Of a stretch of 64,000 nucleotides of DNA, positions 13,991-27,142 are shown one piece after another; the stretch's first letter is position 1, and each line of letters starts with the position of its first letter. The notes under the pieces were generated by a model. It saw only the letters and a program-made list of their open reading frames with translations, had not been told where the DNA came from and made no database searches. The position numbers and the translations under genes were made by a program. The DNA comes from Ancylonema sp. (lineage: Eukaryota): the NCBI GenBank assembly GCA_050230475.1, contig JBFLGF010000200.1, positions 1-64,000 of the forward strand, in the 5' to 3' direction.

Positions 13991-14960
13991 AAACGAAGCT
14001 TAAGAGAAATGAAGGGATAAATGTATGGTGTCCTTTCAGACTCTTGTATCATATCGTGTTTGCTTTTTGTCACCACCAGGTGTGGGCAATTGGATTGCAT
14101 CCAAAAACTCAAAGGTTGCATCTCTTGTTCGTTTGTTACGATGAACCAGCCATAACTCGTGCTTTAACAAATGAGTGGATCGGAGATGAGAGAATGTTGC
14201 CATGTGTGAGACCAATACCACATATAGCAAGTTTCCCGTTATTGCGCATACACCATGTACCCGAAGAGTCGGGGAAGCTAACGAGAATATGCACAACATG
14301 CAATGCTTGAAGAGGAGCACAAGCTATCGCCAACGATGTCCGTTGTCTAGCCGACATGACAGCCACCGTTTATATCCACTCTTATAATGCTTAGACAGTG
14401 AGTGAATTGCTAACCAAGGTCGGAATGTAAGCAAAGAAAGGACAAAGCCATGGTTTGATGATGGTCAACACTGAGATGGGGACACATTTTTGGAAGTGTG
14501 ACGACGACGCTGGGAAGTGGTCCATATTCATCAATTCCCTATTCAGCAACTCTAGGTCAACATACCATGTGCATACAACATGTTTTACGTACAAGGGACC
14601 CAAAAGAGATGTGCCTTGGACATTTATATTTTCGTCCGATACGGATGTTACATACATAGACAATGTCAAGAGCATCGTAACATTTCGAGTCACATTCCCA
14701 AGTGCAAGGTGAGTTTTTTCTAACATAACTCTTGTATGCGTTGTAGGCTGGCGCGTAAACGCCACCATCGCAAATGTGATGATTGCATTTCTAACGAAAT
14801 GTACAGAAAAGAAAAGAACACGGACGAAGCATTTTCTGAGCTGATCCCCCAAAAAAAAAGCCTTCAACTTTGTCCTCGGCAATCACAAGATCACATGGCT
14901 CTGTGAAGGACATCCGCGCGTCAGCAAGAGGGGAGTGATGGACGTGTGAACCGTTTCTCC

Positions 14961-17900
14961 TCACGTCAATGCGGGGATGGTTGCGAGACATTCGTACACT
15001 CGGCTCATGCGAGTGGTGAGCATGAGTTTGTGGTCAATGGACAGACCCGGCCGAGCGATGTCTTCCAAGTCTTCTTGCAACCTGACGCCCCACCACAACC
15101 CCACCCTCTCATCCTCCAGCCTTTGTACCCTCTTCACCATCTCAAGTCCTCTCATTCTCATCATCTTATCCACAAGCCCTCTTGGCCTCTCATCCACTCA
15201 TCCACTCATCCACTCATCCACTCATCCACTCATCCACTCATCCACTCATCCACTCATCCACTCATCCACTCATCCACTCATCCACTCATCCACTCATCCA
15301 CTCATCCACTCTTTTTAATCTAATAAAATCCTTCGGTATGCAAACGGAGATCACAAATAAATAAAATATCTCATATTTTCTATATCGGGAGACTGGATGA
15401 GGTAGGGGACAAACCATCGTCTTCCAAATTGGTTTCCGTTTGCCACCGAGAACATAATTTTGTAGCAGTCTTCCAGAATGAATGCAGACATCAGACATCA
15501 GATATCTGCTGGTGCCAGCGCCTCTGAGATATGGCAAACTATTTGTTCTCGAAGCTCACCGTGACCACTCCCCAAGCGCTTCTGCTTTCCACCGGACCAA
15601 CAAATAAAGTTTGTGCAACGCGTACACAAGCTGTCCGACGCCTACAGCCCTTGGCATCGCCTCATCCTGCGACCATATAAGAAAGAAAGCCCCCTTCATA
15701 CACACACTTCAGCTGCAAGAAAGTGCCTCTAGACTGCAGGAGCTAGGAGGATGGACACGCGATTCGCTGGTTCTTAATTGACTGACCGCTCCCTCGATTC
15801 ATTTCCAAAACATGTGAGGGTAAGAAGTAGCGACAGAAACGCTGCACCGATCCACTCCTCATCCCGTTTCATCTCTATCCTGGTCCCTCTTTGTGTGTGT
15901 GTTCCATACCGCATCTGGTCTCCGGTTGATGACGCTGTCGATGAGCTGTCTCTCCACGTCAGCTAGAAGCATCCTCCGCTGCATCTGAGCGGCCCTCCCC
16001 CGTCCCTCCTCTCCCCTCCCACTCTGCACCAAAAGAAAACGAGGGTGGGATACCCCATAAGAAAACCAAAAAAAACGAACAGAAACATCATCACAACAAG
16101 GGGTTAATGTACAGCTTCGCGGCGTGTGCGCGTACGTGTACGTCAGTGCTGTCCCCCGCATCGTCGAATAAGAGGGCATGAGAATCATCCGACATTGCGT
16201 TGTGTACTCTTGTCGGTAACGTCAACAAAGTGAGCAGTTTTTTTTTTTTTGGGGGTGAGGTATATGTGGTTCACACCAGCTTTTCTGGTCACGTCTCTGT
16301 GGGGATCTTGGCGACTATATGCGGAGTCATAATGGGGGGGGACGCATACCTGGTACAACGCGTACTGGCGGGCGAGTGCGAAGATGGCTATGCTGACGAG
16401 GACAGCTGGCAGGGCGGCCAGCACAGCGAAATTGATTTCATTGGACCGTAGGATTTGGTCCATCTCCAGCATGGCCCTGCCAGGTGGCACGTGGGAAGCC
16501 ACACACGTGTCAGGATAAGACAAAACTCGATTGCGCACACAACCGCGCGGAGAAAGTGGTTTGAGAAAGTCTGGAGAGCTTTGGAGCCAATGAAAAATAT
16601 TGGATTTGATCTACTGGGGACGTTTTATTGGCGTTGATGACTGGTCAGGGAAGGGAGGGAGGCAGGTGTATGGGGCGGTATAGGTGGAGGGAAGGGGATT
16701 TTTAGCAAAGGGGTGCAATTTTTTTTGGGGTTGGGATGCCTCACGTTTCTATGTCCAGCTTCAGCTTCTGGACCTGGATTCAACCCCCCCCATCCCAACC
16801 GCCCACCCACCCAGCCCATCTCAGCACCTCTGCAGGCGGCCAAATGACTATGGACCAAAAGGTGGAGTAGAGGTTGCACTGGACATACAGCTTCTGGTCG
16901 TACAATTCTAGGCCGAGTTTTGTTTTGAAGGGATAAAGATTGACCCTGTGATGTGACCAGAGGCATTGCCGCGTTTGAAAGGAAATGCGGTCGCTGGAAT
17001 TTTATTTTTACAAATATGATGTGAAATGTATTAAAAAGTCCTGCAAAAAAAAAAAAAAAAAAAAAGGGAAAAAAAGGAAAATGAAATTCGGAAAGAAAAA
17101 GTACCTGAATGAGCATGGAGCGCATGAGGTCTCCTCCCATGAGAGACCGCACCGGGTGTGCCACTTGCTGCTCATACTTGCTCTGACAACGGGAAACCAT
17201 ATCAGGAAAGGAACAGAAGCATCAGTTTCAGTATGAGCCCAGGTAGGAATGAGAAGGGGGTACGGACACAGCCTGCATGAAAGTGTGAGAGGGTGATAGA
17301 CGCATTCGGATACCCGGTTACCCGGTTACCCGGGTTACCCGGAATGGATCTTGAGGTGAGTTGGAGCACCATCATCAACTCCATCAGCTGTTGGTCTGAC
17401 GCGTCTGGACCGCTGCTCCCGGGAGCAACTTCGGATGCGAATAACTCCAACATCCTGCCCATGGAAACGCATCAGGGAGTCAGTTTTTTTGGAAAAAACA
17501 TATATATTCACTACTTGTCTAAAACGGCTTTACTAGAACTGTATCTTGGTACGAGGGGACCTGAATGTCTGCGTCTACGTGGCATGAGTGCGTGAGACAC
17601 ACTGATCGAAACCGAACAAAACTGGCATCCGTGTTTTTTTTTTTGTGATCTGTTCTCGGGAGTGTCTGTGCCACTCACTCACAGCTGACTCCAAATTTGG
17701 CAACAGATAGCTACAGGCGCTTCTCAGTACCAGTTTCCAGTTCCCAGTTGGGGCTACAGCTACTAAGCTCCTCTGGTCTAAGCAGCAGCACACCTGCGCA
17801 GCGAGTCTGCCGTGAGCCTCACTTCCAGAGCCTCTGCCACGCCGCCTCGCCGCTTACGAAACGTGTCAAACAAATCGTCTCGTATCTGCATCAACTGCGG

Positions 17901-20313
17901 GACAGGAGGTGCCATGGAGGAAAACAGGAACAAAGTCAGCATTCACACCTCTGATCCCCCCTTACTTTGCAAACATACACACAGGTGGCTGCAACATACA
18001 CGTGGGCAAACCAAGTAGAACCTCTTCACCCCCCCCCCGAAGAAAGAAGCAGTACTCCGCCGCGAAAGCGTACCGGACTCCACGCATGATCGCGCACAAA
18101 CACCCGCACCGCTTCGATCCCCTGCTCACTCCATTTCTCTATATTGTCGCTACCACTCAGCTGGCTGTGGCGTATCACCCAGGAAGAAGCCACAGCTACC
18201 CCCGCCCCTGCAGCCGCGTACCTCAGCCAGTAGCGGGCGGCTCTGCTGGGCTGCTGGTAGTGCGACACCTGGACACCATATGCCACTCAGAACCGAGTGA
18301 CTGTGCTGAGTCGTACATTTGTAGAAAAGGACAGGTGGCTGGTAGTAAGGGTCCTACGGGAAGTGCAGATCACATAACCCGCACGATTTGCTTACCAAAA
18401 CGGCGACAAGGCTCTGGATCGTCTCAGTGTCGCTCGCAACAAGGTCGATCAACCGTCCGATTTTGTGTTCCATGGAAGCTTTCCTATCTGCTGTGGACCG
18501 GTCCTTGAGCTCAATCACGACCCGGGTGGCAGAGGAGGAGGGGGCGGTGCTGAAGACTGCATACCCACTCTGACAGGTGGAGCTACCCAATGAGGAGGCA
18601 GCCATGATGGTATCTCCTGCTACCTTCAGATTCGGTTGTGAATGTCATGACATACTGCTGCTGCTGCGTAACCTCAAAAGAGGTCCATACATGCCTGGAT
18701 GATCGACCCGATTTTTTATGCAAAATTTGTGGAGGAGGTGATGTACTCCAGTCATACAGTTGGTTGGATGGTGCAGGACATGCGGTATATGTGTATGTGT
18801 ACATATGAATATACGTTTATATATATACATATGTATATACACATGCGTATGTCTACATATGTATGTATACAGATGTATGTATACATATGTATGTATACAT
18901 ATGTAATTATGTGCAAATATGTATGTATACATGTACACATATATGCAGTATATGCGAAAAGAGGAAAAATCGAAGAGGAAGAGGAGTCCTGAAGGACAGG
19001 AACAGTGTGAGCCTCACCTGAGGCACGTCGTAAGAGCCTTCCATCCCGCGGAGGGCTGAACTCGTGGCCTCAAGGGCGCCCACAAACGGATTTGGGCTCT
19101 TGGTGTGCATTCGGGTCTCAGATTGAGCGAGCTCCTCCACATCGAGGTACATCTGGAAAGGCGAAAGGCGAGCTCCAATGTGCAACTCAGGCCACGGTAT
19201 GACTTACAGTGTGGGAGTCGGAAGGTAAGGGGCAAGGCAGAGAGACAAAGGAGTGGTGTGAGCGGATGTAAGCATGAGATCTAGTTTGCACAATTGTTTT
19301 AGAGATCCTGGATGAGAGCAGAGGTCCACTGTGGAGCAGTCATGTATGCATGGATGGCGTTAAGAACTGAGCAATGGCGGGGACTGCACGTCAGAACCTG
19401 TGTGGAAAATGCAGAGCTGCGCCGCCATGCCAGAGTCCAAAAAAACTTTCTCACCTCACCGAGCACACTGAGAAGTTTGTTTTTGAGCGATCGCAAAAAT
19501 ATCACTCGCTCTGCGATGTTTGCTTCAGCTCTGTGCGTCAAATTGAAGGCTTCCTCGGAAGGGGTAATAAACGAGTTTGCGAGCAGCGCCGCATTGACAG
19601 CTAGCGCCCACGGCCCCCTCTCCAAGACCATCACCCATAGCTGCTTTTCGGGGGACGCCTGCAAGGGCGTGCAGATGAAGAGGAAATGATGATAGATAGA
19701 GTTATATAGAGTTGTGCCAATTCTCCAATCCAATTCGTGGAAAGAGAGTACAGAAAAGGGGGAGCATGGGCGCCAGAGTAACAGGCGAGCAGGCTGATTT
19801 GACGACATCTTCTAACAATTTCTCAGCTTCACCTTATGAAGCTGTTCCCAGAAAAGAAGCTGCTTGCTGACAAGGTGGACACTGTTGAGGAGCTTCTGTG
19901 CCGAGCTTTGGATAGCACTGAGGGCCTCATTGCACACCCTTGCAATCGCCCTGCATATGCATTCCATGCCAAATGAAGTCTGTGAATGGATTCTTGGTTC
20001 GCATTCTTTGGTAAATACAAACAAAATTCCTACATGTGTCAGTTAGAGGGGATAGAGTCTGATGGATTCGTAGTTCGAATGGCAGATCATTGCCAGGCGA
20101 TGCAATCGAAGCAATTTTGTAATTAGTATCATATCTGTCGAATGCTCGCAGGGATGCAAAATTGTCATTTTACCTGGAATCCGTAGTAAATGTATCACTA
20201 CCGACGAGTTGCAGCAGCTCTACTCGCAAAGAGTCTCTGAGAATCGGGACGGTGACGATGGCGGCCTGTGCCCTTCTATCCGCGAAAAATGTCGGAAGAA
20301 AATTGAAGATCAT
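14961..20313 (-). CDS. DGS1: DGS1/NCA2-family mitochondrial membrane protein, multi-exon (start codon tentative)
   Basis: Spliced segments match plant DGS1/NCA2: VMVLERGPWAL, RYWLRYAAAGAGVAVASSWVIRHSQLSGSDNIEKW, YEQQVAHPVRSLMGGDLMRSMLIQ-VQKLKLDIETAMLEMDQILRSNEINFAVLAALPA, EDLEDIARPGLSIDHKLMLTTRMSRVYECL. Confidence 0.88.
15189..15310. repeat. (CATCCACT)n 8-mer repeat, intronic
   Basis: About 15 perfect units. Confidence 0.95.
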
Positions 20314-21397
20314 CGTCGTGCAAGAAACAGTTACAGAGTGCAGGCACCTCCAGCTTAATCGAGTTTCCCGTGCAGCAGTGCAGAGGCACCTTGAATACCC
20401 TCTCTCGATGGGGTCATTAATATGAGTGCTGACAACACGCTAAGAGAGGACGAACAGTGGGTTGTCATATTCCGCACATCTCACTAAAATTAAATATATA
20501 TTCAGCTCGTAAGTAGCTAGCCTCACACAAATATGAATGGCAGGTGCAGATCACTGCCCGCAGATTGAGAAGCCAGATAATACATGAGTCCCTGGTATAT
20601 GATACGGGCAGGGAACTCGCGAACTGCCCCTGCCGTGTCCGACACCAGCTGGATATGATATCGAAGCGCGCTTAGCGTAGACGCCTCGCTGATGAGTATC
20701 GGTCAGGAGGCAGAGGAAGGAAGGGGGTATAAAAAAAGAGGGGTTCAAATTCGTTTCAAACTCTTTTGTTATTTTGCACCTCTCAGCAGCTGCGACGTGT
20801 TACACGAAGTTGGCAACCGTGCCAGGAACCGTTCCCGCTGGGTACACATTGAACAGAAGCAAAATTCCTTCCTCTCGACTGGCCAAAAGTCACCCTTGAG
20901 ATGGGTCCCACCGGAAGTGTTGAACAACCATTCTGGTAGCTGGACATACAGCTGTTTGACCAGGCTGGAAGAGCTGGACACTGAGGATGGAAATGGGGAT
21001 CAGGGCTGTGGCTTTGTGGCTTTGTAACGAGATAACCGTGCAAATCATGATGAACAAAACCTGGGGCGCAGAATAAATCGGATAGCAAACCACCGACAGA
21101 AAACACCTCCAAGTGCTCCAAACCTGCCTGGATCCCTGCACGTGTCGCAATCGTGTCCGCAGCTGCAAGATGGTAGCTAGTGCAGACTTCAGAGAACAGT
21201 CGGGCAACAATTTTGGAGTCAACTTTGCCGCTTTTCTCATGGATACCTTACACACGTTCTCCCAAACAAGAAGTCGCGTGCTTGTCAGCGCCAGCAAAGA
21301 TAGCAGACAAAAGACAAATAGCTCTCAGTCGCCTTGAGAGCAGCTGAAGCGACAGCAATTGCGAGCAGATTGTCGCTGTCGTGACTTTGGAGAGACT

Positions 21398-23910
21398 ATG
21401 GGGCTCCCAGAGCGTAGTGCGCATGACGCCCTGGCCACCCTGGACGACTTGTTAGTTTTGCACATTCTACAGCGCATTTGCAACGGCCAGGATTTGGCTT
21501 CTCTTTCCCGTGCTAACAGACGCCTACGCTGTCTAGTAGCTCGTGTCAATCATCTCTCGTTTGAGCATAGATCCTATCACGGTGCTCCATCTCCGCTCTC
21601 TTTCCAGAGTCTTGTGAAAAGTATGGTGAAGAGGACAGTGAGGCTGGAACATCTCTCCGTGCAATTTGATGCGCGAGGGCCTAGCTCGGCGTTGTTCTTG
21701 GATGGGACAGGTGCGTGATCTTAACGTTAAGAATGAAGTCGAGAAACCAATCAGGACTTCGTGAGATGAAATGACATTATCATTCACCGAGGATTGGACA
21801 ATCTTGTGAATCAATTCACCGGTCATCTATCGTGGAGATTTTGTGGTTCGAGTTTATTTTCTTAGACTGTGTCTGGATTGCTGCCTTTAGTGTTACCAAT
21901 GAAAAGGATGCGAAGCAAAGTATTTTGTGGAGTCGGCAACGATTCGGAGGCACAGGTTGCCTGATCTGCACAGTAACTGTGGAAATGCAGAGGTGGGGAA
22001 AGAAAAACTGCACACTCTAGCGACAAGTGGGCGATCGGATCGAACACAGCCTTGCTTTGACGGCGCTCTGGTCGACATTCTTCAGTGCCCGCACCTACAG
22101 CTTCTAGAGGTATGCTACTTCTCTGGATAATTACTGTTTTTCTCGCAAGGACCGCCGAGATGTCACTTCAGATAGTTGATCGCAGGACTCTTTCCAGCCC
22201 TGTCTGGGGTGATCAAATGGCACACAGCTGAGTCTGGCAAAGCTGCAGTTCATCTGTGTTGACATTCGGCATTTTTTCGTGGTATCAGGAAGTGACACCT
22301 GTTGTTTCGATCCCTATGCAGCCACACGTGTTCGATCTGTCTTCTGTTACCAAATTGCCTCGTCTACCACCTGCAAACTTTTTTTGATAGCGAAAGTGTT
22401 GAGTCATGGGAATTTCTGCTGATGACAACGTTTCACTTGCAGCTCCATAGTCTATGGCTGTCCTCAGCGCCTCTAGTAGGCCCCAAGCTTTCCTGTTTGA
22501 GGACTCTCCATCTCTCGCAAGTAGAGCTCTGCGATGACTCCCTTGAAGACATCCTCTCGCTCTGCCCCAACCTCCAGGTCAGCATGTCAATCCAATCTCC
22601 CGAATCACCCACGCTACCCCTTCCTTCCCGAGGCAGAGTCAAGGGTACGATGGAAGATGGAAGACATGATCTTCCAAAGTAAACCGAGAGTTTTTGAAGA
22701 AAATTACGTAATCACGAGAACGGTTGCGACGCATGATTCAGGGTCTTGCTTACAACAGACACTTTGCTGACGTATTGCTGTGGGGTGGTGTGTGAGCAGA
22801 CGCTGAATCTGGAAGCAGTGACTGGGTTGGATTTCCCACACATTTGTGGTGCCAGTCTTTGAGACCTCTCTGTGGCCCTGCCTACTCCTGCTGACGGGCT
22901 CTATGTCACAGCACCACGGCTGAAGCGCCTCTGCGTCAGGTTTGTCGTCAGCTCCATCTTCGAAGTACATCATCGGCAGCCTGCTTCACGTTGAGCAGCA
23001 ACAGACATGCACATGCTATGCCGTGCCGTGGTTCATCATGTATAGAGCCAGTCAGTCTGTTTCAAAATTCAGAATTCAGAATTCAGAATTCAAAATTCAA
23101 AATTCAAAATTCAATGCATTAAGCACAGAAAACGGAACGAAGTCAACAAAATCATAGAAAGCGGAAGGGAGCGGCCATGGCAGCGGCATGAGATTGCAGT
23201 CACAGTGGAACAGATAGATAAGCATGAGGAGGGGGATGGGTAGACCACAGAGAAATGAAAGTAAGGTGGGAAAAATGAGGGCAACTTTTGAAACCAGAAT
23301 TTGTTGCTGCTGGCGCTGAGAGTTGACGCTTGTGCGCTGCAGTGGTGTGGCTGAGATAGAGTTGATCGAGGCCGCTGATTTGGAGATTCTCCACGTGAGA
23401 AGTCACTTAGAGGATCTGCGCGGATCTTTGACACTTGTGGAAGAGGTTCGGTTGGACGGCTCTGATTGGCTGTGGGAGTCAGTGGAGGCTGTGCTGTCGG
23501 CCATAGAGAGCCTGTGTCGTCTCATGCTCGATGTCAGGTCAGTTTCTTGGAGCATCCATGACTCCTGGGGAGTGGAAGTGGCGGAAGGGGTGGATTTCTC
23601 GGAACGAACTGGTCTCTGAAGACGGATTTGTGTGGGACCCACCCCTCCCTTGTGATCTCTTTCTACCAACTGATCAGGGGAGGTTGCAGAGAAAGAGGCA
23701 GTGGTTTATGTTCGGTAGTCGTTCCATGGATGGGCTGAGTGAAGGTTTAGAGATGCCGTGATGGCGTGTGTCGAGAACGAGTTTTCATCCCCTCTTTCTC
23801 GCCCCTCCAGGCTGAGAGACGGAGCGATGCTGGAGCTGCAGAGCCTGAGTGACAGCTGTCAGCGAGCAGAGGAGCTGGTGCTCACAGCTTCCTTTTTGCA
23901 ACAAGTGCAG
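21398..23910 (+). pseudogene. F-box/LRR protein, copy 1; in-frame TGA in exon 4 and 3' end lost at the N join at 24293
   Basis: F-box-like N-terminus LATLDDLLVLHILQRICNGQDLASLSRANRRLR; LRR LRTLHLSQVELCDDSLEDILSLCPNLQ; TGA at 22860-22862 where copy 2 has TGT. Confidence 0.7.
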
Positions 23911-24292
23911 GTAGGGTGCCCCCTGTTGTTCCTCAGGAAAACCCCCTCCTGGTCAATGGACACAGCGCCAAAACGTTTCTCTGTTTCCCTCCATCTGTTC
24001 CCCTCCATCTGTCACCAGAACATTCCATGTCCAATATTCGGTCAATAGACATGTGCGTCAAACTGTCCTCCCCCCCTTTTGCACCCCCTCTGCACTCAGA
24101 CACCACGTGTAGTGCTGGCAGTGCAGTGGCAGAAAACTACGACTCAATACAAAGTCACAAGAATCATCCACGGCTCACCTTCTTCACTTCCTTACCCTCC
24201 TGTACTCCACAACAAACACGGTTGCAAGATTTTTTCGGGCTTTTGCTGTCGTCTGAGAGGGCAACCAGACTGTGACCGCTCCACATCTCAGA

Positions 24293-24293
24293 N
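24293..24293. other. Scaffold join (N); further joins at 27142 and 61358
   Basis: Single n characters with abrupt sequence discontinuities. Confidence 0.95.
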
Positions 24294-27141
24294 ATAGGTC
24301 TGAGAAGCAGTGGGAGAACCATGAGAAGAGCAGGAAGCACTTAGATATGATTAACCAGCTTAGGGATGCGATGCTGGAAGAAGAAGAAGAGCTGCTGTCC
24401 GACATTGTGGATGACGCTGATGGACTCACGGAAAGTTGTGCAAAGAAGACGAGAGAAGTGAAGCAAGGGTCGGAGGTGGAAGAGGAAGGAGATGATGACT
24501 GGAGGTCTGCTGGGGAAGAGAGTGTGGAAGGGGGTGGTGATGTCAGTGATGAAGAGGAGCAGGATGGAACAGAATTTGAGCGAAATGGATCTGGAAACGG
24601 AGGGGAGGAGTGTGGGGATGTGAGGAAAGGGAGCAGAAAGGTGGTGGGAGGGTCAGGTTTGGGGGATGATGCGGGAGAGATAAGGAAGGAGGAGGAGAGT
24701 AGGAGTGGTCACAGTAGAAGGGAGGATGTTGATGGAGGTGGGGATACTGACGGTGTGGATTCACTGTTTCCGTCTGCTTTACAGCCAACGGAAAGCAATG
24801 GTGGGGGTGTGAATGAAGTGAAAGCTACTAGTAACGCCAAAGGGAGATCAGAAAAAAGGGGAAATGGCGAGGAGGAGCGGATGGGAACAGGTGTGGACGA
24901 CTCCATAAACCCCAAGGTTTATGAAGAGGCCCAAGCCGTACCTGAGGCACCCGTGAAGAGAGGGCCTGTGAATAAAAGTGCAGCCAGGAGGCTGGCCAAG
25001 CAAATGAAGAAGAGTGGGTTGGAGGGCGGGCGAAACGACAGTCTCGTCGCTGAGCTGGTTGCCTCTGCTGTGAGTTTGGGGCAGGCAGGTGGGCAGAAGG
25101 GGAGTAACAGTGAAGGGGTAGAGGGTGAGGGAGGGGGGGCCAGGGCAGGAATGGACGAGGCTCGTGTTGATGAGGGGGGAGGGGGGAGAGAAGAGGGAAT
25201 GGGAGGGGAGGAGAAGGGGCAGAAGGAGAGCAAGAAGGGGAGGCGTGGGAGGAGCAGGAGTGATGTGGATGCTGAGGCAGCGGCTAAGGAGCAACATGCG
25301 TTGAGACAGCAGCAGGAAGAGAGGAGGAGAGGGGGTGGGCGGAGAGGGAGGGAAAAGTATGGCAAGGTAAGGTGTTCGGCTCCTCCCTGTCTCACGCTCA
25401 TGTCTCCAGAACGACATTTCCAGTTCCTGGTTTTGCTGAAATGCTGTAGGGATGGGAAGCCTTACCTCTCTTCTTACCTTGCTCATGAGCTCTCACTCGA
25501 ATTGGCACGGAGCAGAAAAGCCCTGGGGGTAGGTAGGAGGGTTGTTGTTGTGTTGGTGATATGTGTGCTGTTGCCATTATGGTCTATCATCTTATGGAGC
25601 GTATGGACTCACTCGAATGCATGATGGTTAGCTATTCTGCCTTTATACCATTACTTGTGCTAGGATTGGGATGGAATATTAAGTTGTGGGCAGTGCCTTT
25701 GTGAGAGAAATTTGAGGAAAGTGCGGTCGCATCATATGTACCTTTCGTGCTTCTGCTGTCTCCTAGTTCTCAGATCACCGAGTCTGAGTTCACATGCGCA
25801 ATCTGCGCAGAGGAGCACGAGACTCGGTAATTTCACTTCACTCCATCTCCCTTCCTAATGAATCTCGAGCGATCATCGTCTTAAACATGAGGGGGATATG
25901 GATGTCAACTTTTTAATGGGGGGGAGGGAGTTCGAGGTTTTAGGGAGATTGAAAAAAATGGTATTTTGTTTTTTTCCTCGGTATTTTCGGAAGTTGTTTG
26001 AAAGATATGTTTTTTGATTGTGTCCATGTATACCAAATACCGACTGTATTTGGTGAAGTTCGATGATCTCTGCTAGAATTGCTTGGTGGAGTGCGCGGTT
26101 GTTTGTCAACATGAAGAGAGGGTGGCAAGGGGAAAACCTTCTCACCATCTTATTTTCCTTTGGCCTGTGTGCAGAAATCAGTTGTTCAAACACATTGCGG
26201 CGACGGGGCATGCTGCTCCAAAGTCTTAGAAACGAAGCTTAAGAGAAATGAAGGGATAAATGTATGGTGTCCTTTCAGACTCTTGTATCATATCGTGTTT
26301 GCTTTTTGTCACCACCAGGTGTGGGCAATTGGATTGCATCCAAAAACTCAAAGGTTGCATCTCTTGTTCGTTTGTTACGATGAACCAGCCATAACTCGTG
26401 CTTTAACAAATGAGTGGATCGGAGATGAGAGAATGTTGCCATGTGTGAGACCAATACCACATATAGCAAGTTTCCCGTTATTGCGCATACACCATGTACC
26501 CGAAGAGTCGGGGAAGCTAACGAGAATATGCACAACATGCAATGCTTGAAGAGGAGCACAAGCTATCGCCAACGATGTCCGTTGTCTAGCCGACATGACA
26601 GCCACCGTTTATATCCACTCTTATAATGCTTAGACAGTGAGTGAATTGCTAACCAAGGTCGGAATGTAAGCAAAGAAAGGACAAAGCCATGGTTTGATGA
26701 TGGTCAACACTGAGATGGGGACACATTTTTGGAAGTGTGACGACGACGCTGGGAAGTGGTCCATATTCATCAATTCCCTATTCAGCAACTCTAGGTCAAC
26801 ATACCATGTGCATACAACATGTTTTACGTACAAGGGACCCAAAAGAGATGTGCCTTGGACATTTATATTTTCGTCCGATACGGATGTTACATACATAGAC
26901 AATGTCAAGAGCATCGTAACATTTCGAGTCACATTCCCAAGTGCAAGGTGAGTTTTTTCTAACATAACTCTTGTATGCGTTGTAGGCTGGCGCGTAAACG
27001 CCACCATCGCAAATGTGATGATTGCATTTCTAACGAAATGTACAGAAAAGAAAAGAACACGGACGAAGCATTTTCTGAGCTGATCCCCCAAAAAAAAAGC
27101 CTTCAACTTTGTCCTCGGCAATCACAAGATCACATGGCTCT
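24294..27141 (+). repeat. Second copy of ~12064-14902, containing the 3' half of the DnaJ gene (CDS to 26229)
   Basis: First ~330 bp divergent with in-frame indels; remainder essentially identical at offset 12239. Confidence 0.95.
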
Positions 27142-27142
27142 N

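Noticed and set aside
13991..14960. Possible small gene between the DnaJ and DGS1 stops (acceptor-like site at ~14079, 38-nt intron-like segment 14709-14746)
   Set aside because: No recognisable domain or consistent frame; most likely convergent 3' UTRs
20551..21397. ORFs or ncRNA between DGS1 and the F-box gene
   Set aside because: Frames are not conserved in the second copy (indels, stops) and no RNA family motif was recognised
24272..25624. Independent 450-aa gene
   Set aside because: ORF crosses the N join; it is the duplicated DnaJ exon 2 read through into the intron
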